Source: Abditibacterium sp.
GTDB lineage: Bacteria > Armatimonadota > Abditibacteriia > Abditibacteriales > Abditibacteriaceae
Direction: 5' to 3'
DNA: 64,000 nucleotides
Assembly (NCBI GenBank): GCA_965246885.1
Contig: OZ251992.1
Location: 2,304,001-2,368,000 of the forward strand
Under the pieces are notes generated by a model, which saw only the letters and a list, made by a program, of their open reading frames with translations, did not search any database and was not told the origin of the DNA. The translations under genes were made by a program, and so were the position numbers. Numbering within the stretch: the first letter of the stretch is position 1; every line of letters begins with the position of its first letter. Positions 17,401 to 27,231 of this stretch are shown here, in pieces.

Positions 17401-20400
17401 GGTCGCGGGCGGAAGCGCGGCGTGGGCGGCGACGGCGGGTGTGGTCGGGTTACTGTTGTGGCCAACGGCGACGAACATTTTCACGCGCCTGACGACGCGG
17501 CCCGAATCGCTCATTCGCGCGCGCCACGAAATCCGGCGCGGCTTGGTGCGCGCGGGCGTCGAAGCGTCGTTCTTGCTGCATCGCTCCGGGCTGTGCTTGG
17601 ACGCGATGTCGCGCGCGCTGTTTCGCGCCAAGGTGTCGCGCAAGTTGCTGCTCGAATGGCAAACCGCCGCTTCGACGTATGGCGGCGCGCGGACGCAGCA
17701 AAGCGCGTTCATCCTCAAAATGGCGGGCGGCTCGGCTTTGGCGGGCGTAGTAGCGACGTTTCTGGCGCTTCAAGGCGGAAGCGCCCTCTTGCCCGCGTCG
17801 CCGTTTCTGCTCGCGTGGGCGATTTCACCGATGGTCGCGCTGTGGCTCGCCGGTGGGAAAAAGACGCTCCAACTGCGCGAAGCGTCGCCCGCCGACGAGA
17901 AGTATCTGCGCCCCATCGCGCGCGAAACGTGGCGCTACTTCGATGACTTCGTCGGGCCGCAAACCAACTGGCTGCCGCCCGACAACTACCAAGAAGCCCT
18001 CAACGTCGAAATCGCGCAACGCACCTCGCCCACCAACATCGGTCTGTGGATGCTGGCGTGCGTCGCGGCGCACGACTTCGGCTGGCTGACGCTGGACGAA
18101 GTGGCCAATCGCAACCTCGAAACGCTCAAAACGCTGGACGAATTGGAGAAATACGAGGGGCACCTGCTCAACTGGTATCACTCCGGCACGACCGAGGCGC
18201 TTCGCCCGCGCTACGTTTCGACGGTGGATTCCGGCAACTTGCTCGGCAGCCTGTGGACGCTCGCGCGCTCGATGAAAGAACTCTACCGCGCGCCTTTGTT
18301 CGACGCCAAAGCCCTCGCGGGGTTGGCGGATGTCGCCGATTTGTTGGAGCGCGCCCTCGGCGAAGAGCGGAAATCATTCGATTCGGAGTTGGCGGAGGTG
18401 CGCCGGGTGTTGGCGCACGCCCCGCAAACGCCCAGCGAGGTCGTTGCATCGTTGCGCGCCCTCGAAAAACCAGTCAGCGCCCTCTCTCGCGCGCTCGCGC
18501 TACGCCCGACGAAGCGGCAATCGAGCTTGCGGGCGCGTTCCAACCTCGAAGCGGCGACCTCAGACCCGCGCTTTTCGATTGCTCCACCCGCCTATTGGGG
18601 CGCGCAGTTGGACACGCAACTGGAACTGTGGGCGCAAACCGCCGCGCGCTACGGGCGCTGGTTAGAGTTGCTCGCGCGCCCCGCCGACGAGTTCCTGCTG
18701 TCGCTGGGCGGAGATGCGGCGCAAGTGCGGCGCGACATTTTGGCGCTGTCGCCGTCGTTGGTGCAACTGGCGGGCGGACAGGTCGCGGGATTGGAAGCGT
18801 TCCTTTCGCGCGGCGAAGCGGAGGGCATCCCCGCCGAAGTTGCAAAGTGGACACGCGATGTGCGCGAAGAGTGGAACCGCGCGCGTTGGCTGGCGGGCGA
18901 GATGCTGGCCGACTGCGAAGCCGTCGTTGACCGCGCGCGCGGATTGGCCGATGGCATGGGCATGGGCTTCCTCTATGACCCGGCGCGCAAGCTGTTCTCG
19001 ATTGGCTTCAACGTGGACGACCGCCGTTTGGACGGCTCGCACTACGACCTACTCGCGTCGGAGTGCCGCCTCGCCTCGTTCTGCAGCGTCGCGCGCGGCG
19101 ACGTGCCGCCCGACCATTGGATTGCGTTAGGACGCCGCTTCGGGCAGACACCGGCGGGCGCGGCGCTAATGAGTTGGAGCGGCACGATGTTCGAGTATCT
19201 GATGCCGATGCTGTTCCAGCGCGCCTTCGACAACTCGCTCCTCCAGAACGCCGTGCAAGTCGCGGTCGGCGCGCAAATCAGCTACGGGCAAGCGCGCGGC
19301 GTGCCTTGGGGCATCTCGGAAGCGGCGTTCTCGGCCTTAGATGCCAACAACATCTACCAATACAAAGCGTTCGGCTGCCCCGGATTGGGCCTCAAGCGCG
19401 GCTTGGAAGATGACTTAGTCGTGGCTCCGTATGCGACGCTGATGGCCCTCATGGTCGCGCCCGACGCGGCGCTTGCCAACCTGCGCAAGTTGGAAGCGAT
19501 GGGCTTACGCGGCGATTACGGCTTCTACGAGTCGGTGGACTTCACGCGCGAGCGGCTGGAAGAGGACTCGCTTGTCTCGGCGACCGAAGGTGAGACGGCG
19601 CGGGCGGGCGGACGCGGCGCGGGGCTGGGCAAGCGCGGCGCGATTGTGCGTTGCTTCATGGTTCACCATCAGGGTATGGCGCTGCTGGCGATGCAAAACG
19701 TCTTGTGCGGCTGGCCGGTGCAGCGCCGCTTCCATTCCGATGCTTTTGTCGAGGCCGCCGAGCCGCTTCTGTTCGAGAAAATCCCCGACGCCGCGCCCGT
19801 CATCGAGTCGGCTGTCACGCTTGAAGCGCGCCCGACGCGCGTGGACTTCGGCGGGCCGACGACCGAGCGCACCATTGCTCCCGACACGCCCGCGCCGCGC
19901 GCGCACTTGTTGGGCAACGAGGGGATGAACACGATGATTACGGCGGCGGGCGGCGGCACCACGCGCTGGCGCGACACCGAACTTGTGCGCTGGCGCAGTG
20001 ACACCACGCGCGACAACTGGGGGTCGTTCGTGTATCTGCGAGACTTGGAAACGGGCGTGAGTTGGTCGGCGACGCACCAACCGATGCAGCGCGTCGCGCA
20101 AAGGAGCGCGGTGCGCTTTCGCGCCGAAAAAGCCGAGTTCGAGCGGCGCGGCGTCAACATCGAAACGCGCTTGGAGGTGTGCGTCTCGCCCGAAGACGAC
20201 GCGGAAGTGCGGCGCCTCACGCTCGTCAATCATTCGAGCCGCGCCCGCGAAGTGGAAATCACCACCTTCGCCGAACTGTCGCTCGCGCCACACGCCGCCG
20301 ACCGCGCGCACCCGGCGTTCAACAAGCTGTTCATCCAAACCGCCCTCGTTCCCGAACGCGAGGCGCTTTTGGCGTGGCGCCGTCCGCGAAAAACGGGCGA

Positions 20401-23400
20401 CAAAGTTGTATGGGCCGCGCACCAGATGGCCTCGAACGTCGCCGCGACCAAGGTCGAATTCGAGACTGACCGCGCCCGCTTTTTGGGGCGCGGCAGGGGC
20501 AACGACAACCCGGTCGCGCTTGAAGGCGAACTGAGCGGCACGGCGGGCGCGGTTCTCGACCCCTGCTTTTCGCTGCGGCGCCGCGTTGTGTTGCAACCGG
20601 GACAGCGCGTGTTGGTCGCGTTCGTGCTGGGCGCCGCCGAGGACGAAGACGGCGTGCGCCGCTTGGTGGACAAATACGCGGACTTTGGCGCCTGCGAGCG
20701 CGCCTTCGACCTCGCTTGGACGCACTCGCAATTGGAACTGCGCCACTTGCAAATCACCTCCGACGACGCGGCGGCGTTTCAGCAATTAGCCGGGTATCTG
20801 CTCTTCCCGCACGCTGCCCTGCGCGCGCCCGCCAAGCGCGTGCGCGAGAATCACAAGGGGCAAAACGGCTTGTGGGCGTATGGCATTTCGGGCGATCTGC
20901 CCATCGTCGTGGTCGCCGTTGACAATGCGCGCGACCTGCCCGCCGTGCGACAAGCGATTATGGCGCACACCTTTTGGCGCGTGCGCGGCCTCCAGTGCGA
21001 CCTCGTCATTCTCAACGAGCAAGCGGGCGGCTACGCGCAGGACTTGACGCAAACGCTGCAAAAGCTGGTTGCGTCCTCCACGCCCTACACCGGAAGCGAA
21101 AAGCCGGGAGGCGTGTTCTTGCGCACCGTTGATACCGTGTCGCCGGAAGATTTGACGCTGCTTTATGCCGTCGCGCGCGTGGTGCTGGTGGCGGCGCGCG
21201 GCACGCTCGCGCAGCAGTTGGGCGCCATCAACGACGACGCCGAAACGTTGCCGCGCTTTGTCGCCTCAGCCAAAGAAGCGCCGGAAACCGCGCTTGCGCT
21301 CCCGTTTTTGGAACTCCCGTACTTCAACTCGCTGGGCGGCTTCACCCCCGACGGGCGGGAGTATGCCATCTACCTTGGCCCGAAAGCGCAAACGCCCGCG
21401 CCTTGGATCAACGTCTTTGCGCATCCGCACTTCGGCGCGGTCGTGTCGGAATCGGGTCAAGGCTTTTCGTGGTTTGGCAACTCCCAGTCGAACCGTCTCA
21501 CGCCTTGGAGCAACGACCCGGTATCGGATACGCCCGTCGAAGCGATTTATCTGCGCGACGAAGAAACCGGCGCGTATTGGACGGCGACGCCACTTCCCAT
21601 CCGTGAGACTGAAGCCTACCGCGCGCGGCACGGCCAAGGCTACTCGACGTTTGAACACTCGTCGCACGGCATCGAACAGGAACTCACGCAGTTCGTTCCG
21701 CTCGGCTTGAACGCCGCGTTTCCGATGGGCGAGCCACCCGTGAAAGTCTCGCGCCTCAAACTTCGCAACCGCTCGAATCGCAAGCGGCGTTTAACGCTCA
21801 CCTTCTACGCGGAGCTTGTATTGGGCACGACGCGCGAGGAGAATCAGATGCACGTCGTGTCGAGTTGGGACACCGAAGCCAAGGCGCTGCTCGCGCGCAA
21901 CGCTTACAATCTTGACTTCGCCGCTCGCGTGGTGTTCGCGGCGGCGTCGGTGGAGCCGCTCGCTCATTCCGGCGACCGCGCGGCGTTCTTGGGGCGCAAC
22001 GGCAACCCCGCCGCGCCCGCCGCCATGCGCCGCAAAACCTTGTCCGAAAAGACCGGCGCGGGCCTCGACCCGTGCGCGGCGTTGCAAGTCAGCGTTACGC
22101 TCGCGCCCGGAGAAGAACAAACGCTCTCCTTCTTGCTCGGCGAAGCGGAGAGCGTCGAGGAAGCGCGGGCGGTCGTGGCGATGCTCCGCGATTCTTCCTC
22201 GGTCGAGCGCGCTTTGATGGACACGAAGAACTTCTGGGACGACACGCTCGGCATTATCGAAGTTGAGACGCCCGACCAAGCCGTCAACTTCCTGCTCAAT
22301 CGCTGGCTGCCTTACCAAACGCTCGCCTGCCGCATCTGGGCGCGCTCGGCGCTTTATCAGTCCGGCGGCGCGTGGGGTTTCCGCGACCAGTTGCAAGATT
22401 CGCTCGCAATGGCGACGCTGCGCCCGTCCGTGACGCGCGAGCAGATTTTGCGCTCAGCGCGTCAGCAATTTGAGGAAGGCGACGTGCAACACTGGTGGCA
22501 CCCGCCCGGAAACGCGGGCGTGCGCACGCTCATCACCGACGACCTGCTGTTCCTGCCCTACGCCGTCGCGCACTACGTTCACACGACGGGCGACGCGAGC
22601 ATTTTGGATGAGCAAGTCCCGTTTCTGCAAGCCGATGTCTTAGGGCCAGAAGAACACGAGAAGTATTTCCAGCCGCAAATCTCGCCCGAATCGGCGACGA
22701 TTTTCGAGCATTGCCGCCGCGCCATCGAGAAAGGTTCGACGCACGGCGCGCACGGTTTGACGCTCATTGGCGGCGGCGACTGGAACGACGGACTCAACCG
22801 CGTCGGCATTGAAGGCAAGGGTGAATCTGTCTGGCTGACGTGGTTTATCGCCCGCGTCCTGCGCGATTTCGCGCCGGTTTGCGAACTGAAGGAGCAAGCC
22901 GAACTCGCGCAAACCTACCGCAAGCGCGCCGATGCTTATGTGCAATCCATCGAAAGCGGCGCGTGGGACGGCGAGTATTATCGGCGCGGCTACTTCGACG
23001 ACGGCACGCCGCTTGGCTCGCACGAATCGGAAGAAGCCAAAATTGACTCGCTCCCGCAAAGCTGGGCCTTGATTACTGGCGGCGGCGATCCCGCGCGCGC
23101 AAAGCAAGCAATGGCGTCGCTCGAAACGCACCTCATTAAGAAGGATGACAAGTTGGTGCTGCTCTTCACGCCCGCCTTCGACAAGACGACGCACGACCCC
23201 GGCTACATCAAAGGCTACTTGCCGGGGGTGCGCGAGAACGGCGGGCAATACACGCACGCCGCGTGCTGGGTCGCCTACGCCTACGCCAAGTCGGGTCAGG
23301 GCACCAAAGCCGTCGAAACGCTGCGCCTCTTGAACCCCGTCGAACACGCGCGCACGCCCGACGCGCTCAACCGCTACAAAGTCGAACCCTACGTCGTCGC

Positions 23401-23746
23401 GGCGGACGTGTATAACCTCGAAGGCCACGTCGGGCGCGGCGGCTGGACGTGGTATACGGGCAGTTGCGGCTGGATGTATCGCGCGTGGATCGAGGGCGTT
23501 TTAGGCTTCGACCGACGCGGCGACAAACTGCAAATCAACCCGTCGCTCCCGCCCGACTGGAAGACCTGCCGCCTCACCTACCGACACGGCCAAACCCCCT
23601 TCATCATCGAAATAGACAACCCGCAAGGCGTCGAATCCGGCGTCACGTCCATCGAAATGGACGGCGCGGATTTGGAAGGTTTGGAGATTCCGCTCGCGGA
23701 TGACGGCGCAACGCACCGGATTGTGGTGCGGATGGGGAAGGAGTAG
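14408..23746 (+). CDS. ndvB: Cyclic beta-1,2-glucan synthase (Cgs/NdvB/ChvB family; GT84 + cyclisation domain + GH94-like phosphorylase)
   Basis: EWLLDN, WMGWERKRGKL, TLDADT, LLSHDLIEG, RWIRGDWQ, RTSPTNIG, SWSGTMFEYLMP, YQSGGAWGFRDQLQD, GDWNDG and RENGGQYTH motifs. Confidence 0.93.
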   Translation: MLQQSSILAFFGDAQGARAAFESVSRAGFRQVVLVSKVLETSGDSKNTVASFKVSRPPSVAPVLAGVGAAVGLGAAQLAPVPRALKPALTGALAVIGGGVGFVAGSAWSGGLPESLVEENRAFLAAGESLVIVRANPADLRAARELLRGEGEGGPVIFLERGDAHRFNTSRAPLRRDVLGTDALRELAQTLGDKHKTAAPPSSLSANAFLLTRLKQNGRIIARVAQGLGEATRLGQPVSLSTEWLLDNNYIVRAQIKDVERNLTPKFYGELPVIGEGQYKGVPRLYVLASELIAASDSRLDREHLLDFVHAYQSRTPLSTGELWALPLMLRLALVENLRRLTAQADVRQRERERADFWSNRLLSAAYREPDQLLPLLAQLTKEQTALAPHFADRLVSHLFDEEAALGPVRAWLERKLDAPLSEITSREQRRQAADSISVGNVITTLRFLNNLDWRECFEQLSLVDAILGQDPAGVYRSMDFATRDRYRGQVEKIARRAKTDELRVATLAIERAASASMERMRRAASSHGEREHDALIYQPPGHVGFYLIDEGREAFTRELGYSKTPASRARRWVRNYPGVWYFGGIAVGTVAAMTILARAARVLGAGLPLPLRLLSILPSSEVAVQLVNYAATRVLPPRPLPKMEFRQGVPAKWKTAVVIPMLLGSVQDAADACRQIELHYLSDPDAQFQFALLADYVDAQTPQTPDDEPRLRRAVEGIEYLNAHYGPQFHLFIRDRKWSETEERWMGWERKRGKLEEFNRALLGKGGRCSDELHEVTGDPAGLRDTRFVVTLDADTQMPFGAARRLVETLAHPLNRPVVNLKESGVERGYGIIQPRVDTMLPSAMATRFSRLFSDASGSDPYTHVVSDVYQDAFGEGSYHGKGIYDLEVFERVLGARFPDATLLSHDLIEGAHVRAGVASDIVLLDRFPPNYLASAKRDHRWIRGDWQIADWVGSQIPARDGRGANPLSLLNRWKIADNLRRSLLAPASVALLFGGWVAGGSAAWAATAGVVGLLLWPTATNIFTRLTTRPESLIRARHEIRRGLVRAGVEASFLLHRSGLCLDAMSRALFRAKVSRKLLLEWQTAASTYGGARTQQSAFILKMAGGSALAGVVATFLALQGGSALLPASPFLLAWAISPMVALWLAGGKKTLQLREASPADEKYLRPIARETWRYFDDFVGPQTNWLPPDNYQEALNVEIAQRTSPTNIGLWMLACVAAHDFGWLTLDEVANRNLETLKTLDELEKYEGHLLNWYHSGTTEALRPRYVSTVDSGNLLGSLWTLARSMKELYRAPLFDAKALAGLADVADLLERALGEERKSFDSELAEVRRVLAHAPQTPSEVVASLRALEKPVSALSRALALRPTKRQSSLRARSNLEAATSDPRFSIAPPAYWGAQLDTQLELWAQTAARYGRWLELLARPADEFLLSLGGDAAQVRRDILALSPSLVQLAGGQVAGLEAFLSRGEAEGIPAEVAKWTRDVREEWNRARWLAGEMLADCEAVVDRARGLADGMGMGFLYDPARKLFSIGFNVDDRRLDGSHYDLLASECRLASFCSVARGDVPPDHWIALGRRFGQTPAGAALMSWSGTMFEYLMPMLFQRAFDNSLLQNAVQVAVGAQISYGQARGVPWGISEAAFSALDANNIYQYKAFGCPGLGLKRGLEDDLVVAPYATLMALMVAPDAALANLRKLEAMGLRGDYGFYESVDFTRERLEEDSLVSATEGETARAGGRGAGLGKRGAIVRCFMVHHQGMALLAMQNVLCGWPVQRRFHSDAFVEAAEPLLFEKIPDAAPVIESAVTLEARPTRVDFGGPTTERTIAPDTPAPRAHLLGNEGMNTMITAAGGGTTRWRDTELVRWRSDTTRDNWGSFVYLRDLETGVSWSATHQPMQRVAQRSAVRFRAEKAEFERRGVNIETRLEVCVSPEDDAEVRRLTLVNHSSRAREVEITTFAELSLAPHAADRAHPAFNKLFIQTALVPEREALLAWRRPRKTGDKVVWAAHQMASNVAATKVEFETDRARFLGRGRGNDNPVALEGELSGTAGAVLDPCFSLRRRVVLQPGQRVLVAFVLGAAEDEDGVRRLVDKYADFGACERAFDLAWTHSQLELRHLQITSDDAAAFQQLAGYLLFPHAALRAPAKRVRENHKGQNGLWAYGISGDLPIVVVAVDNARDLPAVRQAIMAHTFWRVRGLQCDLVILNEQAGGYAQDLTQTLQKLVASSTPYTGSEKPGGVFLRTVDTVSPEDLTLLYAVARVVLVAARGTLAQQLGAINDDAETLPRFVASAKEAPETALALPFLELPYFNSLGGFTPDGREYAIYLGPKAQTPAPWINVFAHPHFGAVVSESGQGFSWFGNSQSNRLTPWSNDPVSDTPVEAIYLRDEETGAYWTATPLPIRETEAYRARHGQGYSTFEHSSHGIEQELTQFVPLGLNAAFPMGEPPVKVSRLKLRNRSNRKRRLTLTFYAELVLGTTREENQMHVVSSWDTEAKALLARNAYNLDFAARVVFAAASVEPLAHSGDRAAFLGRNGNPAAPAAMRRKTLSEKTGAGLDPCAALQVSVTLAPGEEQTLSFLLGEAESVEEARAVVAMLRDSSSVERALMDTKNFWDDTLGIIEVETPDQAVNFLLNRWLPYQTLACRIWARSALYQSGGAWGFRDQLQDSLAMATLRPSVTREQILRSARQQFEEGDVQHWWHPPGNAGVRTLITDDLLFLPYAVAHYVHTTGDASILDEQVPFLQADVLGPEEHEKYFQPQISPESATIFEHCRRAIEKGSTHGAHGLTLIGGGDWNDGLNRVGIEGKGESVWLTWFIARVLRDFAPVCELKEQAELAQTYRKRADAYVQSIESGAWDGEYYRRGYFDDGTPLGSHESEEAKIDSLPQSWALITGGGDPARAKQAMASLETHLIKKDDKLVLLFTPAFDKTTHDPGYIKGYLPGVRENGGQYTHAACWVAYAYAKSGQGTKAVETLRLLNPVEHARTPDALNRYKVEPYVVAADVYNLEGHVGRGGWTWYTGSCGWMYRAWIEGVLGFDRRGDKLQINPSLPPDWKTCRLTYRHGQTPFIIEIDNPQGVESGVTSIEMDGADLEGLEIPLADDGATHRIVVRMGKE

Positions 23747-23764
23747 GCTCAAGTAAATGAAAGC

Positions 23765-23798
23765 GCGCTCCGTCTCGATGAAAATGGAGCGCTCTTTT
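23765..23798 (+). terminator. Possible intrinsic terminator after the glucan synthase
   Basis: Stem GCGCTCCGT / ATGGAGCGC (one G-U pair) followed by TCTTTT. Confidence 0.5.
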
Positions 23799-23874
23799 CG
23801 CCAACACTGAGCGGTGACCTTGCCAGAAAAGTGGCGGCTGGAACTGTCACTCCGCTCTCACATCACACTTTGGC

Positions 23875-24714
23875 TCACGGCTTGTCTGGCCGAGGGTCTG
23901 GCTTCCACTCTCCTTTGCGAATCTTCTCCGCGTAGATATGATTGACGCGAATCAGACCAGCCATGTCTTTTCGATCCTCCGCCGCATCGGGCGTGTTAGG
24001 CCGTAGTTGCAGATATCTTTGTATCGCGGCGGTGTCCTTGTAAATAGCACTCAAGTCATCGCCAGAAGTCCATTGTCCTGAGTAGGCTTGGGACAAGACA
24101 CGATATGCGCGATAATCATTGGGATGCTCTTTGGCGAATCGCAGCGCATAAACCAAACCGCGTTTGCGCGAGGCGCGCGTTGAATGATCCCCTGCCAAAA
24201 TACGTGCGTAGAAAACTTTGACCGGATAATCGTCTGGTTTACGCTGTAGCAGCCGCTCGGCCAGTCCCAAGAAGCGAACTGACTTCTCCTCACGCACCTC
24301 GATAAGGAAGCGCAAGTGCATCGTTTCGTAGTTGGGCGGTAGACCCACTTTGTGCAAGCGTTTGAGCAGTGGATACGACAAAAACCGCTGCTCCAGAATA
24401 GTCGCCGTCTCCTTCTGCGCCTCGTTGCTGGCGTAGGCCCAACGGTAGAGCGCCACGCGGTCAAGCGGCTTTCTCTCATACGCTTGTTGCAGTTGCCGGG
24501 ACAACGCGGCCAAGGCGTTGGAGTTTTTGGCTGCTGCGACTTTAGCCTCCATCTCTTTGCGCGCTTTGGTGAAGGGCGCTTCGCTGGTATTCCACTTCTT
24601 CTTAGCCCAGTCGTGGTAGGAGGCTTTTAACTCGTCGGGGATGCCGGGAGCGATTTCTTGCCCGTGTGCTGTGCCGAGAGCGACAAGCAGGAAGAATAAA
24701 GATGTATGCTTCAT
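23875..24714 (-). CDS. Secreted helical (TPR-like) hypothetical protein
   Basis: Signal peptide MKHTSLFFLLVALGTAHG; TPR-like segments (AIQRYLQLRPNTPDA); 4-bp overlap with the upstream gene. Confidence 0.75.
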   Translation of the reverse strand: MKHTSLFFLLVALGTAHGQEIAPGIPDELKASYHDWAKKKWNTSEAPFTKARKEMEAKVAAAKNSNALAALSRQLQQAYERKPLDRVALYRWAYASNEAQKETATILEQRFLSYPLLKRLHKVGLPPNYETMHLRFLIEVREEKSVRFLGLAERLLQRKPDDYPVKVFYARILAGDHSTRASRKRGLVYALRFAKEHPNDYRAYRVLSQAYSGQWTSGDDLSAIYKDTAAIQRYLQLRPNTPDAAEDRKDMAGLIRVNHIYAEKIRKGEWKPDPRPDKP

Positions 24715-26783
24715 TGTTTGTCCTTTCCGGGGGTTCGCAAATCTTCGTAAAGCCCGATAGCTGCCTCTTCGGTCGGTTGAGCTACTGCCTTTTTATCGAG
24801 AGCAACAAAACCCGAAGGGTTGAATTGGTCGCCTTTATATAAGGTGATCTCGTATTCATCGTAGAGGTAAAGGTGCTTGAGACGGCACTCCTCAAATAGC
24901 GAATCAGGCGGCACTAAAACCCCTACTGCTGGGTATTTTTGTTGAACCTTCTTGGCGATGTCGAACATACCGGAGATGTTCTGTGTAGCCGAGTTGACGC
25001 CTTGGTTTGGGTGCCAGTTATCATCCGCAAGTTTGGCCGCCGCCGCTAAAGTTTTGAACCACGGGGTCTTGACAAACTTGGCAGCAGTGTCCAGTGACTT
25101 AGCGCCAAATTGAGCAGCTGCGTCTACGTCTCCCAACAAAACCGACCGCTTATCGCACGTTGCAGGGGTGCCATCGGCTTTGATGTTCTGGCTGGCTCCC
25201 ACACTCATTGTGTCTGGATTGAAGTCGTAGAGGACATACGAGATTTTCTTGTCTCCGTAAGGCTCGTAGTTCTCGTAGTCCTCATGCCAGTTGACCGTGT
25301 AGGTGTTAACCAATGGAGGCACGGTAGGTAGAGGCGGCATCCTTGTGCCAGCGAGCTTCTCTCCGACTTCGACTTTGAAAGTGGATTTCTTGATCCTCAG
25401 TCCGTCATCTTTGCCCAGATATATCCCACTGACGTCCACCGTTTGAGGAAGCTGTCTGATGTTATCCCACCAACTGTTGCTCTCGTCATTCGCATTGACG
25501 CTGACATTGAGATCTACCTTGCTCTGATCTTTTTGAAGCTCGTCCGACGTTGCAAATTGTGGAGTTCCACCTTGCAAGCTCCATTTGTATTGGGGAGACA
25601 AAAAGCCTTCAGCATTGGCTGTATATCTCCCTCTGCCATAGCTGTCTGTCTTTGTGTAATCGAGTGGAGATAAAAGATCCCCAAGCGATGGTTGTGCGTC
25701 TCGATACAGTTGGAGATATGTGCTATGCACATCTATCGAGCCATCAGAATTCCGTTGGCATTGAATGGCGTAAGTGCCAGTCTTTTCATCAGCCCACAGC
25801 ACGGGGCGTCCGGCTCCTTTGTCCATTAACCGGTTGCCCGCCGCGTCCGTTTGGAAGCTACCATCAGGGTTCTTCAAGTAGCAGTAGTCCGGCAGAGGGT
25901 TCTGTGGGAAAGCTGGCCCCACCGCCGAGAACTTATAGTAGCTGGGCTCGATGTCGGAGGTAATCCACAGTTGGTGCGGGTCGATGTCGTAGTGAGGGAT
26001 GACGCACACCGAAGCGTATGTCTTGTCTCCCTGCAGACCCCCATCATAATCAGGGTCAGGATACCTGCCCATCGTGACGCGGCAAGTGGCGCTCACGGGC
26101 GGCATGGGATACGTCACATACAACGAACCGTCGGTGGCGGTGACGCCCTTGGATGTGGGCGTGGCCCCTTGGGTGGAAAGGGTCAAGTAGCTGATGGGGG
26201 TCGCGGCATAGCTGAAGAACTGCGTATACGGGGAGGGGCTGGTCAGCTTCTGCGCGTGAGTCGAGTCCGAGTAGCTCTTGCCGCCCGGGGCCGCCACGCG
26301 AGTGGTCAAGGTGACGCTTCCGGGCGTGCCAGTCAGTGCGGATCCGTTGTAGCCCTTTGGATCGCCCAAGTCCAGCCGGGCGCCCGTGCCTATGGCCTCT
26401 TGCCAGAACCAAACGCCCACAAACGGCGGAATCTTCTCGCCTTTGGCCGAGGGCGTCCAGCGCAGCACGAGGGTGTAGCTCCCGGCGGTGCTGGCCGTTT
26501 GCGTTTGGCCCATATCGAGCGGCCCGCTCCCCGAGCCGTGCGCGTCGGAACTGTCACTATCGCCTTCGGTCGAGTTCTGCCAGACATAGACATGACCCTG
26601 TGTCTCGCCTTGGCCCGCGCTACGAGCGCTTTGCCCGTTGTGATCCAGCGAGATGGCCCAGCCGCCCGCGTGGGCCAAGGGCGCGTTCATCAACAAACTA
26701 CCTGACGCGACAGACGCCGCAAGCGCCCAACGGCCCAACAACAAGGGCGAGCGCGGCGCGCTCTTGTGGTTGCGATTTTTCAT
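24711..26783 (-). CDS. Secreted hypothetical protein (about 690 aa)
   Basis: Long ORF; signal peptide ending PLAHA; start placed at ATG 26783. Confidence 0.8.
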   Translation of the reverse strand: MKNRNHKSAPRSPLLLGRWALAASVASGSLLMNAPLAHAGGWAISLDHNGQSARSAGQGETQGHVYVWQNSTEGDSDSSDAHGSGSGPLDMGQTQTASTAGSYTLVLRWTPSAKGEKIPPFVGVWFWQEAIGTGARLDLGDPKGYNGSALTGTPGSVTLTTRVAAPGGKSYSDSTHAQKLTSPSPYTQFFSYAATPISYLTLSTQGATPTSKGVTATDGSLYVTYPMPPVSATCRVTMGRYPDPDYDGGLQGDKTYASVCVIPHYDIDPHQLWITSDIEPSYYKFSAVGPAFPQNPLPDYCYLKNPDGSFQTDAAGNRLMDKGAGRPVLWADEKTGTYAIQCQRNSDGSIDVHSTYLQLYRDAQPSLGDLLSPLDYTKTDSYGRGRYTANAEGFLSPQYKWSLQGGTPQFATSDELQKDQSKVDLNVSVNANDESNSWWDNIRQLPQTVDVSGIYLGKDDGLRIKKSTFKVEVGEKLAGTRMPPLPTVPPLVNTYTVNWHEDYENYEPYGDKKISYVLYDFNPDTMSVGASQNIKADGTPATCDKRSVLLGDVDAAAQFGAKSLDTAAKFVKTPWFKTLAAAAKLADDNWHPNQGVNSATQNISGMFDIAKKVQQKYPAVGVLVPPDSLFEECRLKHLYLYDEYEITLYKGDQFNPSGFVALDKKAVAQPTEEAAIGLYEDLRTPGKDKQ

Positions 26784-26870
26784 GGGATGCGCGCCGCGTT
26801 TTTCGGCGTCCCTTTGATCTACCAAATCAATGTTAATGAGGTTTTAAGTTGGCCCCTTATTTTTCTCGTC

Positions 26871-27206
26871 AAATACCTCTTTTTCCTGCGCAAATATGGA
26901 AAGCGCCGCGCGAAATCCGTATTTCCGCGCTCTAAATCTATGTTTACCCGCGTCGAATCTGTATTTACCCCGAAGAAATACAGACTTGGCGCGGCAAAAT
27001 ACGGATTTCTTTCGGCCAAATCCCGATTCCGCTCAAGCAAATACATAAGGCGTGAGGGGATGGTTAGAGCGAAGCCTCACCCGACTGAGGGAGCGATTCA
27101 TCCAGTTCGGGCGAACGCTTCGCCCGCCCGTGTGGACGATCAATGGTGCCGTGCCGACGACTGATACAACCGTGTCGACGGCTCGCCCGGTCGGGTGAAT
27201 CGTTCG
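26871..27206. repeat. 21-bp-period degenerate array C (two consecutive sub-arrays)
   Basis: (A/G)AAT recurs every 21 bp from 26871 to 27039 (9 units); a second, looser CG(T/G)G-centred motif continues in the same phase. Confidence 0.8.
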
Positions 27207-27231
27207 CCCATGTCGGCGGGCGGGTTGGTGG

